The position numbers were made by a program, and so were the translations under genes. The notes under the pieces were generated by a model. That model was not told where the DNA came from. It saw nothing but the letters and a program-made list of their open reading frames with translations, and made no database searches. 36,921 bases of DNA from a virus: the IMG/VR virus record IMGVR_UViG_3300045988_076101; one strand, given 5' to 3'. Below, one piece after another: positions 28,060 to 36,660 of the stretch (positions are counted from its first letter, which is position 1; each line of letters begins with the position of its first letter).

Positions 28060-29847
28060 GTGCCGACACGTCAAGTAAATACCGAGTTCACGGTCACCGG
28101 TGAAGAAAAGCTCAGACGGGCAATAACCGAGATCAACAACGGCGCGAAGGTGCTCAAGTCCGAGATGAATAAGCTCACTGCCGAGTATGACGGCAACACC
28201 GACAGCGCCGAATTTTTAACCCAGAAATACGACATCCTCGAACGCCAGATGCTGACGCAGAAAGACAAGGTCGAGGCTCTTAAGCAGGCCGTTGCCGACT
28301 CCGCCGCGGCCTACGGTGAGGCTGACTCCCGGACACAGAACTGGATAATCCAGCTCAATAACGCCGAGGCCGCGCTCGCTAATACCTACGGCGAGATGGG
28401 ACGGACGCAGACGGCCATTGAAAACATGGACAAGTCGCTTGATGAGGTCTCCGATTCGACCGGCTCGGCCGCCGAGGGCGTGACTTCTCTCGGCGATGTT
28501 CTCGATACTGTCGCTGATAAGCTCGGTGTTAAGCTGCCGGACGGTATCTCTAAGTTTACCGGAGGTCTCGGCAAGATCCCGGCTCCCACTGCCGCGGCCG
28601 CAGCCGGTATAGCCGCCGTCGTCGCAGCGGGGATAAAGCTTGAGCGCAAGCTTATGGACGTCACCAAGGAGACCGCGGCAGCGGCTAAGGAGCTTGAGGC
28701 GCTGTCCTTGCAGACCGGCGTCAGCACGACGGACTTGCAGGCTTTCCAGTATGCCGAGGATTTTATCGGCGTCAGCTCCGACCAGCTCGCCGATTCCCTT
28801 AAAGATTTAACCACAAAGATGTCCGACGCGGCGAACGGCAACGAGGAGACAGCCGCGAAGTTTGACCGGCTCGGCGTATCAATCTACGATGCACAGGGAA
28901 ACCTCCGCAGTTCCTATGACGTGTTTCTCGACGTGATAGACGGACTCGGTGAGATGAGCAACCAGGCAGAGCGCGACGCGCTGGCCATGAGCCTTATCAA
29001 CGAGAGTGCCCAGCAGCTCAATCCGCTGATCGAGCAGGGTTCCGGTTCTCTGAAAAAGTACGCAGCCGAGGCCGAAAACGTCGGCTATATTCTCAGCAAT
29101 GACCAGCTGAAGGCGCTGACCGATGTCGACGAGGCCCAGAACCGGCTGCTTAAGTCTCAGGAGGCCGTCAGCAAGCAGATCAGTGCAGAGTACGCGCCGT
29201 ATATGTCCGACGCTCTCAATGAGACGCGCGAGCTCATAGAGAAGGTCGGCAAAGCTCTTATCGACTCCGGTGCGGTCGAGGCGTTCGGTTCGATACTGGA
29301 CAGCGCTGTCTCCCTGCTTGAGCCGCTGGGCGATCTCACCGCTGATATCCTCCCCCCGTTAGGGACTCTGCTGCAAGGCATTGCCGGGACGCTGGCATGG
29401 GCAGCAGATACAATCAATCTGATCGTCGGCCTGCTGACGCTCAACGGCGACCGCATCAGCACCGCGCTCGGGCTCAATCCGAACAAGGCATCGAACATTC
29501 AGAAGGCGCTCTACGGCGCGGACTATAAGACCGAGAGCTACTACGACTCGACCGGCAACTACTACGACCCGACGACCGGCCAGTGGACAGGCAACTACTT
29601 CCACAACGCCGGGGGCAACGACAACTTCCCCGGAGGGCGCACGAGGGTCGGCGAGAACGGCCCGGAGACCGTTTACCTGCCGCAGGGTACGGTCATTGCC
29701 AACGCGCAGGAGACGCGCGCTGACGGCGGCTACGACGCGCCTGTCAACGTCTACATTGAGGCGCGGACGATTCAGGAGTTTAACGACATTATTGAGATAG
29801 TGCGTGACGCCCAGCGCGTCCGCAGGATGAAGGGAGCGCCGAGATGA
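28060..29847 (+). CDS. Tail tape measure protein
   Basis: 595 aa with a GTG start after ggaggtg. Coiled coils, hydrophobic AAAAAGIAAVVAAGI, and C-terminal VGENGPETVYLPQGTVI. Confidence 0.85.
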   Translation: MPTRQVNTEFTVTGEEKLRRAITEINNGAKVLKSEMNKLTAEYDGNTDSAEFLTQKYDILERQMLTQKDKVEALKQAVADSAAAYGEADSRTQNWIIQLNNAEAALANTYGEMGRTQTAIENMDKSLDEVSDSTGSAAEGVTSLGDVLDTVADKLGVKLPDGISKFTGGLGKIPAPTAAAAAGIAAVVAAGIKLERKLMDVTKETAAAAKELEALSLQTGVSTTDLQAFQYAEDFIGVSSDQLADSLKDLTTKMSDAANGNEETAAKFDRLGVSIYDAQGNLRSSYDVFLDVIDGLGEMSNQAERDALAMSLINESAQQLNPLIEQGSGSLKKYAAEAENVGYILSNDQLKALTDVDEAQNRLLKSQEAVSKQISAEYAPYMSDALNETRELIEKVGKALIDSGAVEAFGSILDSAVSLLEPLGDLTADILPPLGTLLQGIAGTLAWAADTINLIVGLLTLNGDRISTALGLNPNKASNIQKALYGADYKTESYYDSTGNYYDPTTGQWTGNYFHNAGGNDNFPGGRTRVGENGPETVYLPQGTVIANAQETRADGGYDAPVNVYIEARTIQEFNDIIEIVRDAQRVRRMKGAPR

Positions 29848-31862
29848 GCACGACACTGACACTGACCGCGAACAAGTCGGCGGCAATATCCCGGACATCC
29901 AGCAACGCAGCAACAGATTTCAACGACCACACTTCGGCAATGGTCGACCTGTCGTGGAATCTTGGCCGGGTCGACACACATTATTTGCTTGCCGGGTTCC
30001 CGGCTGTCGCAGCGTCTTACGATTATAAGCCCATCCTCCGCGCGGTCGTCAAAGCTTATCTGAGCTGCGACACCGACTATACGACGGCCGCAACAAAAAA
30101 GGTATGGGTCGAGGGCGTCACATCCGATTGGGACGAAGCGAGCGTTACCTCTCGTAAAGTGGCCTTTGCCCCCGGTTCCGGGTTTGTCAGCGTGCCGGGC
30201 GGTGCGGCGGGAGTATACCAATTTTCCGCGCTTTCAGAGGAATCCGCAAGGCACGTGCTACTGCATGGCTGCGCGATACACTCGTATTCAGCCCAGATGT
30301 GGTACCTGTCAGTCGGCACCTCCCGCTACTCTTCCCCGCCGCAGCTGCTCATCACGTTTGACGACAGCAATGTCCAGCCGAAGTTGACAACGCCAGCTCC
30401 GGCAAGCGGAGTGCGGCTTAACAAGGCCTCGGCAATAACGTTTTCAACAAGCCTTGTGCAATCAGACGTCTTTACGATTAAGAGCCTGACTCCGGCGAGC
30501 GGCACATTTGAATACCGGCTCAAAGGCGCGTCGTCCTCAACAACGGCAGCTGCGACAATAAGCTCGACCACAATCTCATACACTGCCCCGGCTAACACCT
30601 TCGCCGCCGGTGAGTATGAATACCGCTTCACGGTTACGGATAATCTCGGCCAGACGGTCTATACCGCATGGTCGTCATTCGACACCCGCGACACTGTCCC
30701 GACTGCGACGGCGGACGAGCCGTCCGGTAACCTCCTTGACGGAGACCAGCCGATAAGCTTCCGCTGGACGCACATCAACGAAAGCGGCAGCGCACAGACC
30801 AAGGCAGAGCTACAGAAAAGCGCCGACGGCAGCACTTGGACGGCACTCACAACCGTGACCGGCTCGGTCAACGAGTACAGCGCCCCCGCGGGGACGTTCG
30901 CCTCCGGGACGTGGTTCTGGAGGGTCCGGACATATAACCTCGACAACGCCGCCGGTGCATGGAGCGACGCCGCATCTTTCGTAACAGTCTCCGCGCCTAG
31001 TACGCCCAAGGTCATTGTTCAAGCGTCCCCTCGCCCCCTGATAACATGGCAGACAAATGAGCAGAGCGCTTATCAGATCCAGCTCGACACCGCAGTCGGC
31101 ACTACGGATTACGGCTCCGGGAAGAGCTGGCGCAGCCCGATCTACCTCGATGACGGGCTGCACGTCGCGCGAGTGCGCGTCCAGAACAGCTACGGAGTCT
31201 GGAGCGAATGGGGCAGCGCGACATTTACCGTCAGCCACACCGCGAGCGGGGCCGTCGTGCTCACGGTCGACGCAGATCACCGCGCGGAGCTGTCATGGAG
31301 CTACGCCGGGAGCTGGACCGAGTTTGTTGTCTACCGCGACGGCGTCGCGATAGCTAAAACGACGGACTACAGCTATACGGACGACTACTCCGTCGGCACC
31401 GTGAGGTATCAGGTGCGCGCCTGCGCATTGGACGGGACTTATAACTACTCGCTCTCGAATGAGGTCACGGTATCCGTCATGCCCGAGACCGTCATGCTGT
31501 CGGCTTTAGGCTCCGGGAAATGGCTGTTTTTAAGGCTCTCCACGGCACAGCACAGGACGAACACCATCAAGGCCTCGCGCACATTCAGCCTGACGCATCT
31601 GTCCGGGCGAAGATTCCCGGAGGCGGAGCTGACAGAGTTCTGCGACCGGTCGATATCCGTCAGTTATGCGACGGATGATGAGGCCGAAAAGGCCGCGCTG
31701 GAGGCCCTGATGGGCTCCCCCGTCTGTCTCAAGACGCCGGGCGGCAAGATGGTCATAGGTATCCTCGACACGCTCAGCGAGACGGAGAGCATGTTCTACA
31801 GCTCCTACACCTTTGCCGTGAGCCAGATGCACTATCCGGAGGAGGTCGATCTTGATGCGTGA
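29844..31862 (+). CDS. Distal tail protein (evolved Dit) with an N-terminal DNRLRE-like module and tandem FN3-like beta-sandwich repeats
   Basis: 672 aa, positioned after the TMP. Repeated ..W....Q.AYQIQL....W..A.F.V-type modules. The C-terminal part resembles siphovirus tail family proteins. Confidence 0.65.
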   Translation: MSTTLTLTANKSAAISRTSSNAATDFNDHTSAMVDLSWNLGRVDTHYLLAGFPAVAASYDYKPILRAVVKAYLSCDTDYTTAATKKVWVEGVTSDWDEASVTSRKVAFAPGSGFVSVPGGAAGVYQFSALSEESARHVLLHGCAIHSYSAQMWYLSVGTSRYSSPPQLLITFDDSNVQPKLTTPAPASGVRLNKASAITFSTSLVQSDVFTIKSLTPASGTFEYRLKGASSSTTAAATISSTTISYTAPANTFAAGEYEYRFTVTDNLGQTVYTAWSSFDTRDTVPTATADEPSGNLLDGDQPISFRWTHINESGSAQTKAELQKSADGSTWTALTTVTGSVNEYSAPAGTFASGTWFWRVRTYNLDNAAGAWSDAASFVTVSAPSTPKVIVQASPRPLITWQTNEQSAYQIQLDTAVGTTDYGSGKSWRSPIYLDDGLHVARVRVQNSYGVWSEWGSATFTVSHTASGAVVLTVDADHRAELSWSYAGSWTEFVVYRDGVAIAKTTDYSYTDDYSVGTVRYQVRACALDGTYNYSLSNEVTVSVMPETVMLSALGSGKWLFLRLSTAQHRTNTIKASRTFSLTHLSGRRFPEAELTEFCDRSISVSYATDDEAEKAALEALMGSPVCLKTPGGKMVIGILDTLSETESMFYSSYTFAVSQMHYPEEVDLDA

Positions 31863-32889
31863 GATGCGCTACAAGCTCAACGCCCTGCGCGGCGGTGCCT
31901 TCTTCAAAGAGCTGCATTTCTCCCCGGACAACGCGCCGAACATCAAGTTTTCGGCCGCGGCTGAAATAAAGCGCAGCTTCTCCGGCGAGATCGTCCCCGA
32001 CGCAGACTTTGACCTGCTGAGGGATGAGCTTCAGCCGATGATCTTCAGCGACGGAGTTTGGAGCAGCCTCGGCATCTTCCGACCGACGACGCCGAAGCTC
32101 TCCGGCAGTGCGACCGGCGAGCGGCTGAGAATCGACGCATACGACCGCAGCTGGTTACTGCAAACAAGCCGCATCGAGACCCGGCTGCACCTCGCGGCAG
32201 GGCTCAACTACATAACCGCCGTCGAGCAGCAGCTCACGGCGAGCGGCATCGGGCTTGTGATAAAGACCCCGACGACCTCGACGCTGTCATGTGACCGCGA
32301 GGACTGGGAGCCGGGGACGAGCCGCCTGACGATCGTCAATACGCTGCTGCAAGAGATAGGATACCGGGATATATGGTTCGACGGCGACGGCATGGCGCAT
32401 CTTGAGCCTTACGCCGCGCCGACGGCGGCGCGCATCTCCCGGCGCTACAGCTCCCGCGACGTGCTCCGGGCTCCGATAGCCCCGGACTATCAGTCGAAAA
32501 GCGACATCTTCAGCGCGCCGAACGTGTTCATCGTCGTCTGCGCGAACGCCGACAACGCCGAGACGCTTGTCGCCACCGCTGTCAATGACTCCCCGATATC
32601 CTCAAAAAGCACGTTCAGACGAGGGATGCGCATCTGCCAGCAGGTCAAGGTCAACCAGATCGCAGATCAGGCCGCGCTGCAAGCCTACGCCGACCGGCTC
32701 GTGTCTGAGTCGCAGCTCAGCACGCAGACGATCACCTTTTCAACGCTCCCTGAGCCGGGGCACGACTCAGGCGATGTTATCGCCATTGACCACCCCACCA
32801 TCGGCGGGGTGTATGAGGAGACTGCATGGAGCCTCACAATGCGCTCCGGCGAGCTTATGAGCCATTCTGCAAAAAGGACGGTGCTATAA
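31855..32889 (+). CDS. Tail-associated (Tal / baseplate hub-like) protein
   Basis: ATG 31855 lies 9 nt after ggaggagg and overlaps the Dit stop. Position and size fit. Confidence 0.6.
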   Translation: MREMRYKLNALRGGAFFKELHFSPDNAPNIKFSAAAEIKRSFSGEIVPDADFDLLRDELQPMIFSDGVWSSLGIFRPTTPKLSGSATGERLRIDAYDRSWLLQTSRIETRLHLAAGLNYITAVEQQLTASGIGLVIKTPTTSTLSCDREDWEPGTSRLTIVNTLLQEIGYRDIWFDGDGMAHLEPYAAPTAARISRRYSSRDVLRAPIAPDYQSKSDIFSAPNVFIVVCANADNAETLVATAVNDSPISSKSTFRRGMRICQQVKVNQIADQAALQAYADRLVSESQLSTQTITFSTLPEPGHDSGDVIAIDHPTIGGVYEETAWSLTMRSGELMSHSAKRTVL

Positions 32890-33708
32890 ATGGATGAAAT
32901 TTTAACCGCTGCCGCTCCGGAGGAGCAGGCAGAACAGAAGGAAATACTCATCGCCACGGTCGGCGCGGTGACGGAAACGGGCGTCACGTTGATCTTTGCG
33001 GGTGAGGAGTCCGCTTCCGAAAAAACATATCAAGGCAACGTCAGCGCCGCCCTGAAGGCGGGCGACCGCGTGAAGATCACCAAGGACAGCGGGACGTACC
33101 TCATCGATTACGCCGTCGGCGTCCCCGGCTCCGCCGTGGGGGAGGACACCCACGAGCTCCCGGCGGGAGGAGCAAAGGGGCAGGCTCTCGTCAAGAAAAG
33201 CTCCGCTGACGGTGATGTCGAATGGGGCACTATCTCGCTTACCGGTGGGCTGCCCACAGGCGGCACAGACGGGCAGCTCCTCGCCAAGAACGGAAAGGCG
33301 GACTACTCCGGCCAGTGGGTGGACAACCCCATACCGACCGGCGGCTCTGACGGACAGGTGCTGATGAAGGACGGGACGACCGCCCGTAAACTCAAGTTCG
33401 GTGCCCCATCCGCCGGGCAGCTGGTCAACGGTACCCACAAGGTGACCCTGAGCACGACCGGCGTCCTCGCCGGTGGCTCCGGCAAGGATATCTCCCTCGG
33501 AACCTCAAGCAATCCGTTCAAGGACGTCTACGCTGACGGGACAATCGCGCTCGCTCAAGGGTATAGCGGCAGCGTGCTGAAGCTCGGCGGCAGCAACGCG
33601 ACAATAGGGTTCTTTGGCGTGACGCCGGTGCGCCGCCCGACGGTATCCGCGTCGGCGACGGTCGCACAGGTCATCACGGCGCTGAAAAGTCTGGGGCTGT
33701 TCCAGTAA
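32890..33708 (+). CDS. Tail fibre-like protein with three P(A/T)GG..GQ.L.K repeats
   Basis: PAGGAKGQALVKK..DVEWG, PTGGTDGQLLAKN...GQWV and PTGGSDGQVLMKD..KLKFG. Confidence 0.6.
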   Translation: MDEILTAAAPEEQAEQKEILIATVGAVTETGVTLIFAGEESASEKTYQGNVSAALKAGDRVKITKDSGTYLIDYAVGVPGSAVGEDTHELPAGGAKGQALVKKSSADGDVEWGTISLTGGLPTGGTDGQLLAKNGKADYSGQWVDNPIPTGGSDGQVLMKDGTTARKLKFGAPSAGQLVNGTHKVTLSTTGVLAGGSGKDISLGTSSNPFKDVYADGTIALAQGYSGSVLKLGGSNATIGFFGVTPVRRPTVSASATVAQVITALKSLGLFQ

Positions 33709-33719
33709 GGAGGTACACT

Positions 33720-34031
33720 ATGCTGACTATCCTTCAGGGGGACGCGCTGAGCGTCCCGATATCCATCAAACTCAACGGCAAAGAAGTGACCACCGCCGAT
33801 ATACAGGCGGTCAAGGTCACGATGGGCGGCGTTGAGAAGCGCTATCCCGGCGAGATCACATACGACTCCGGCCGATTTCTCTTCCCACTGACGCAGGATG
33901 AGACACTGGGCATGACGCCGGGCGTCAACGAGGCGATAATTCGCCCGAAGTTTTCCGCGGAAAGCCTCCGCGGGGCGAGGATAAAAACCGCCTTCAGCGT
34001 GATCGCCTCCCCCGACAAGGAGGTGCTGTGA
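33720..34031 (+). CDS. Hypothetical tail-region protein (103 aa)
   Basis: SD aaggagg upstream of ATG 33720. Confidence 0.5.
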   Translation: MLTILQGDALSVPISIKLNGKEVTTADIQAVKVTMGGVEKRYPGEITYDSGRFLFPLTQDETLGMTPGVNEAIIRPKFSAESLRGARIKTAFSVIASPDKEVL

Positions 34032-34291
34032 TGGGCTGCTGCGGGCTGACCGTCGAGCTGATAGACGAGGCCCTGACCGTTGAGCTCGGCCCCGCCATCG
34101 TCGGCAGCGGCGGGAGCATCCATGACTATTATGACGGCGCGTATGACGTCGAGCCTCTCCGGACGGCACAGGTGCTGGAGACTGAGGGGCTCGTCATGCG
34201 CAAGGACGTGAACGTCCGGGGCGTCACCTTTCAGCAGACCACCAACGCCGCCGGAGGAAAAACCTGCAACATAGGAGGTGCAGACGAATAA
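34031..34291 (+). CDS. Small tail-fibre-module protein sharing the C-terminal NAAGG.T..IG motif with 34291..34866
   Basis: ATG 34031 lies 5 nt after ggaggtg. Ends ..TTNAAGGKTCNIGGADE. Confidence 0.5.
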   Translation: MGCCGLTVELIDEALTVELGPAIVGSGGSIHDYYDGAYDVEPLRTAQVLETEGLVMRKDVNVRGVTFQQTTNAAGGKTCNIGGADE

Positions 34292-34866
34292 TGGGAAACA
34301 GTAAGATCATTTTCTACGGTGAGACCCTGATGGATCTCACCGGCGACACCGTAAGCAAGGAGAAACTGCTCAAGGGCATCACCGCGCACGACAAGGCCGG
34401 TGACCCCGTCATCGGTACGTGTGAATTTGACAGCGACACGAGCGACGCCACCGCGAACGTTGACGACCTCCTCGCCGGCGAGACCGCATACGCGCGCGGC
34501 GCGAAGCTCACCGGTACCATGCCGAACCGCGGCGCAGCGGCCGGGGAGATTGCCTCCAAGGACGGCGAGTACACCATTGAGCTCGGCTACCACGACGGCA
34601 GCGGCAAGGTCGGCATAGCCGCCGCGGAGAAGCTGAAGCTCGTCGCCGGGAATATCAAGAAAGATGTGACGATCCTCGGCGTCAAGGGTACCTATGGCGG
34701 CGAGAGCGTCAACGCACAGAGCAAGAACGCGACCCCGGCCAAGACGGCACAGACGATCCTCCCCGACGAGGGCTACGACTACCTCTCCGAGGTCGTGATC
34801 GCGGCCGTGCCGTATACCAGCGCTGCGAACGCTGCCGGAGGTATGACCGTCACGATCGGAGCCTGA
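34291..34866 (+). CDS. Tail fibre / receptor-binding candidate, paralogue A
   Basis: N-terminus MGNSKIIFYGETLMDLTGDTVSKEKLLKGITAHDKAGDPV, shared with 34869. C-terminus ..SAANAAGGMTVTIGA. Confidence 0.55.
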   Translation: MGNSKIIFYGETLMDLTGDTVSKEKLLKGITAHDKAGDPVIGTCEFDSDTSDATANVDDLLAGETAYARGAKLTGTMPNRGAAAGEIASKDGEYTIELGYHDGSGKVGIAAAEKLKLVAGNIKKDVTILGVKGTYGGESVNAQSKNATPAKTAQTILPDEGYDYLSEVVIAAVPYTSAANAAGGMTVTIGA

Positions 34867-34868
34867 GC

Positions 34869-35666
34869 ATGGGCAACAGTAAGATTGTCTACTATGGCGA
34901 GACGCTGATCGACCTCACCGGCGACACCGTCGAGGCTGCGAAACTCCTCAAGGGCGTCACGGCGCACGACAAGAAGGGCGAGAAGATCACCGGCACGTTT
35001 GAGGCGGCCGACCCCTACGCGATTATCGGCGTGACATACCCCTCGGGGAGCGTCTGCACCTGTTCAAATGGCAGCGTGACGCTGACAGCGAAGGATACCA
35101 CCGGCAAGGCGCTGTTCGTTATCCCCTCCGCCGGGACGTGGACGGTCAAGGCGGTCAGCGGCAGCAAGAGCACGAGCAAAGCGGTATCGATAACTGCCGA
35201 GGGACAGGTCGAGACCGTGGAGCTGGTATACGAGCTGTACATCTTCAAAAGCGGCTCGGGGCTGACATCTGGGTACTTAATCAAGGCCAACATCAATAGC
35301 ATAACTCCTGCGCCGACAGTTTCAAGCGACACAATCAGTTGGTCTGGCAACTCCAGTAGCGGCGGCGTGTCATTCTATATCGACCCCGCTGTTGCGTTGA
35401 ATGATTACACGAAACTGTGTGTCGATTTTGAGTGCTCCTACAACTGGGGCAGTGATTACGGCATGGGATTTGGCGTCGGAACGGATGCCGCTTCCGGCCT
35501 TATGCTCACAAACACGAACTGGACAGCAAAGGTCACCAGCGTTGCGCAGGGCATAATTGCCCGGAATACAGTGCAGTGCGATATATCGGCGCTGACGGAC
35601 TCGGAGTACATCAAGATCGTAGGATCATATTCTGCCGGAAAGGTCTATAACATCTGGCTTGAGTGA
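34869..35666 (+). CDS. Tail fibre / receptor-binding candidate, paralogue B with a distinct C-terminal domain
   Basis: N-terminus MGNSKIVYYGETLIDLTGDTVEAAKLLKGVTAHDKKGEKI. The C-terminal half is unrelated to paralogue A and looks less GC-rich by eye. Confidence 0.55.
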   Translation: MGNSKIVYYGETLIDLTGDTVEAAKLLKGVTAHDKKGEKITGTFEAADPYAIIGVTYPSGSVCTCSNGSVTLTAKDTTGKALFVIPSAGTWTVKAVSGSKSTSKAVSITAEGQVETVELVYELYIFKSGSGLTSGYLIKANINSITPAPTVSSDTISWSGNSSSGGVSFYIDPAVALNDYTKLCVDFECSYNWGSDYGMGFGVGTDAASGLMLTNTNWTAKVTSVAQGIIARNTVQCDISALTDSEYIKIVGSYSAGKVYNIWLE

Positions 35667-35679
35667 GGAGGGACACAGC

Positions 35680-35979
35680 GTGACGATCTACATAGACAGC
35701 GACTATAAATGTTACGTCTCCGCATCTGACGGACGCAGAGCAATTGAGGTTAACGACTTCAATGGCAAATGCCCGGAATGGATAGAAAGTTACCGCTTCG
35801 TCCCAGCGGGTGAGACGTGGACACGCGGGAACGGCGAGGTATTCAAGGGCGAGATGGCGGCCCCGTGGAAGGACTTGGGCAGCGCTTATGCGGCGCAGAC
35901 GGCGTATGCGGCAGCGCAGAATACACAGTATGAAGCGGCCCTGACCGCCATTGAAAATGCACTGGGGGTAACATCATGA
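35680..35979 (+). CDS. Hypothetical protein (99 aa; GTG start)
   Basis: SD gaggaggg 7 nt upstream of GTG 35680. Ends ..ALTAIENALGVTS. Confidence 0.45.
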   Translation: MTIYIDSDYKCYVSASDGRRAIEVNDFNGKCPEWIESYRFVPAGETWTRGNGEVFKGEMAAPWKDLGSAYAAQTAYAAAQNTQYEAALTAIENALGVTS

Positions 35980-36113
35980 CCATTGAAGAACGGAAGAACG
36001 TGATCCTTGCCAAAATTGCCGAGATCAAGCAGGGTGGCAGCGATGAGGAAAAGCAAGACATGAAAGCTGCATTGGATTTACTTGGTGTGGTCAACGAGGA
36101 GGAAGCAACATGA
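35976..36113 (+). CDS. Hypothetical 45-aa protein
   Basis: ATGA overlaps at both ends (35976 and 36110). MTIEERKNVILAKIAEIKQGGSDEEKQDMKAALDLLGVVNEEEAT. Confidence 0.45.
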   Translation: MTIEERKNVILAKIAEIKQGGSDEEKQDMKAALDLLGVVNEEEAT

Positions 36114-36553
36114 GTTATCTTAATGGAGCTAAAAAGCTTCGCGCGGCGATGGACACCGCAGGGAATGCCCTCTCGGACGCGCAGGCGCGCACCTGCAAGC
36201 TTATCTATCAGCAGTGGTCTAATCTCATAGGCACGACCGCAACGCCGGGACAGCGCTTCCTGCACGGCGACACGCTATACAGAGTTCGCACCGACGCATC
36301 GGAGCACACCTTCAGCGCCGAGTGGGTGCCGGGAGTGCCGACCGCCGCACTCTACGAGGCTATAGACGAAGAGCACAGCGGCACGATTGACGATCCTATC
36401 CCGTTCACTCAGCCGATGGAAATTTTCAACGGTAAGTATTACAGCCAGAACGGCAAGGTCTATCTCTGCACACGCGACAGCGGTAAGCCGCTCGCGTTCG
36501 ACCTCGCTGATTTGGTAGGACTCTATGTAACGGAGGTGACAAGTGATGCCTGA
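36110..36553 (+). CDS. Conserved hypothetical protein (147 aa) upstream of the lysis genes
   Basis: ORF with coupled starts. The motif GTIDDPIPFTQPMEIFNGKYYSQNGKVYLCTRDSG looks like a conserved phage family that I cannot name. Confidence 0.55.
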   Translation: MSYLNGAKKLRAAMDTAGNALSDAQARTCKLIYQQWSNLIGTTATPGQRFLHGDTLYRVRTDASEHTFSAEWVPGVPTAALYEAIDEEHSGTIDDPIPFTQPMEIFNGKYYSQNGKVYLCTRDSGKPLAFDLADLVGLYVTEVTSDA

Positions 36554-36650
36554 CGACGAGAAGACCGACAGCGGTTTATTGACGGAAGATGCCCGAGAGA
36601 GCGTAGACCCGACAGGGTGGTTGCTCTCAAGATTTACGACAGTAACATAA
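36546..36650 (+). CDS. Possible 34-aa protein
   Basis: SD ggaggtg 7 nt upstream of ATG 36546. Overlaps the upstream stop. Confidence 0.35.
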   Translation: MPDDEKTDSGLLTEDARESVDPTGWLLSRFTTVT

Positions 36651-36660
36651 GGAGGGCACC

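Noticed and set aside
34291-35666. Diversity-generating retroelement acting on the duplicated tail-fibre genes.
   Set aside because: No reverse transcriptase gene occurs anywhere in the genome. The two related segments are N-terminal anchor regions with mixed substitutions, not an A-to-N-biased template/variable repeat pair at a C-terminus.
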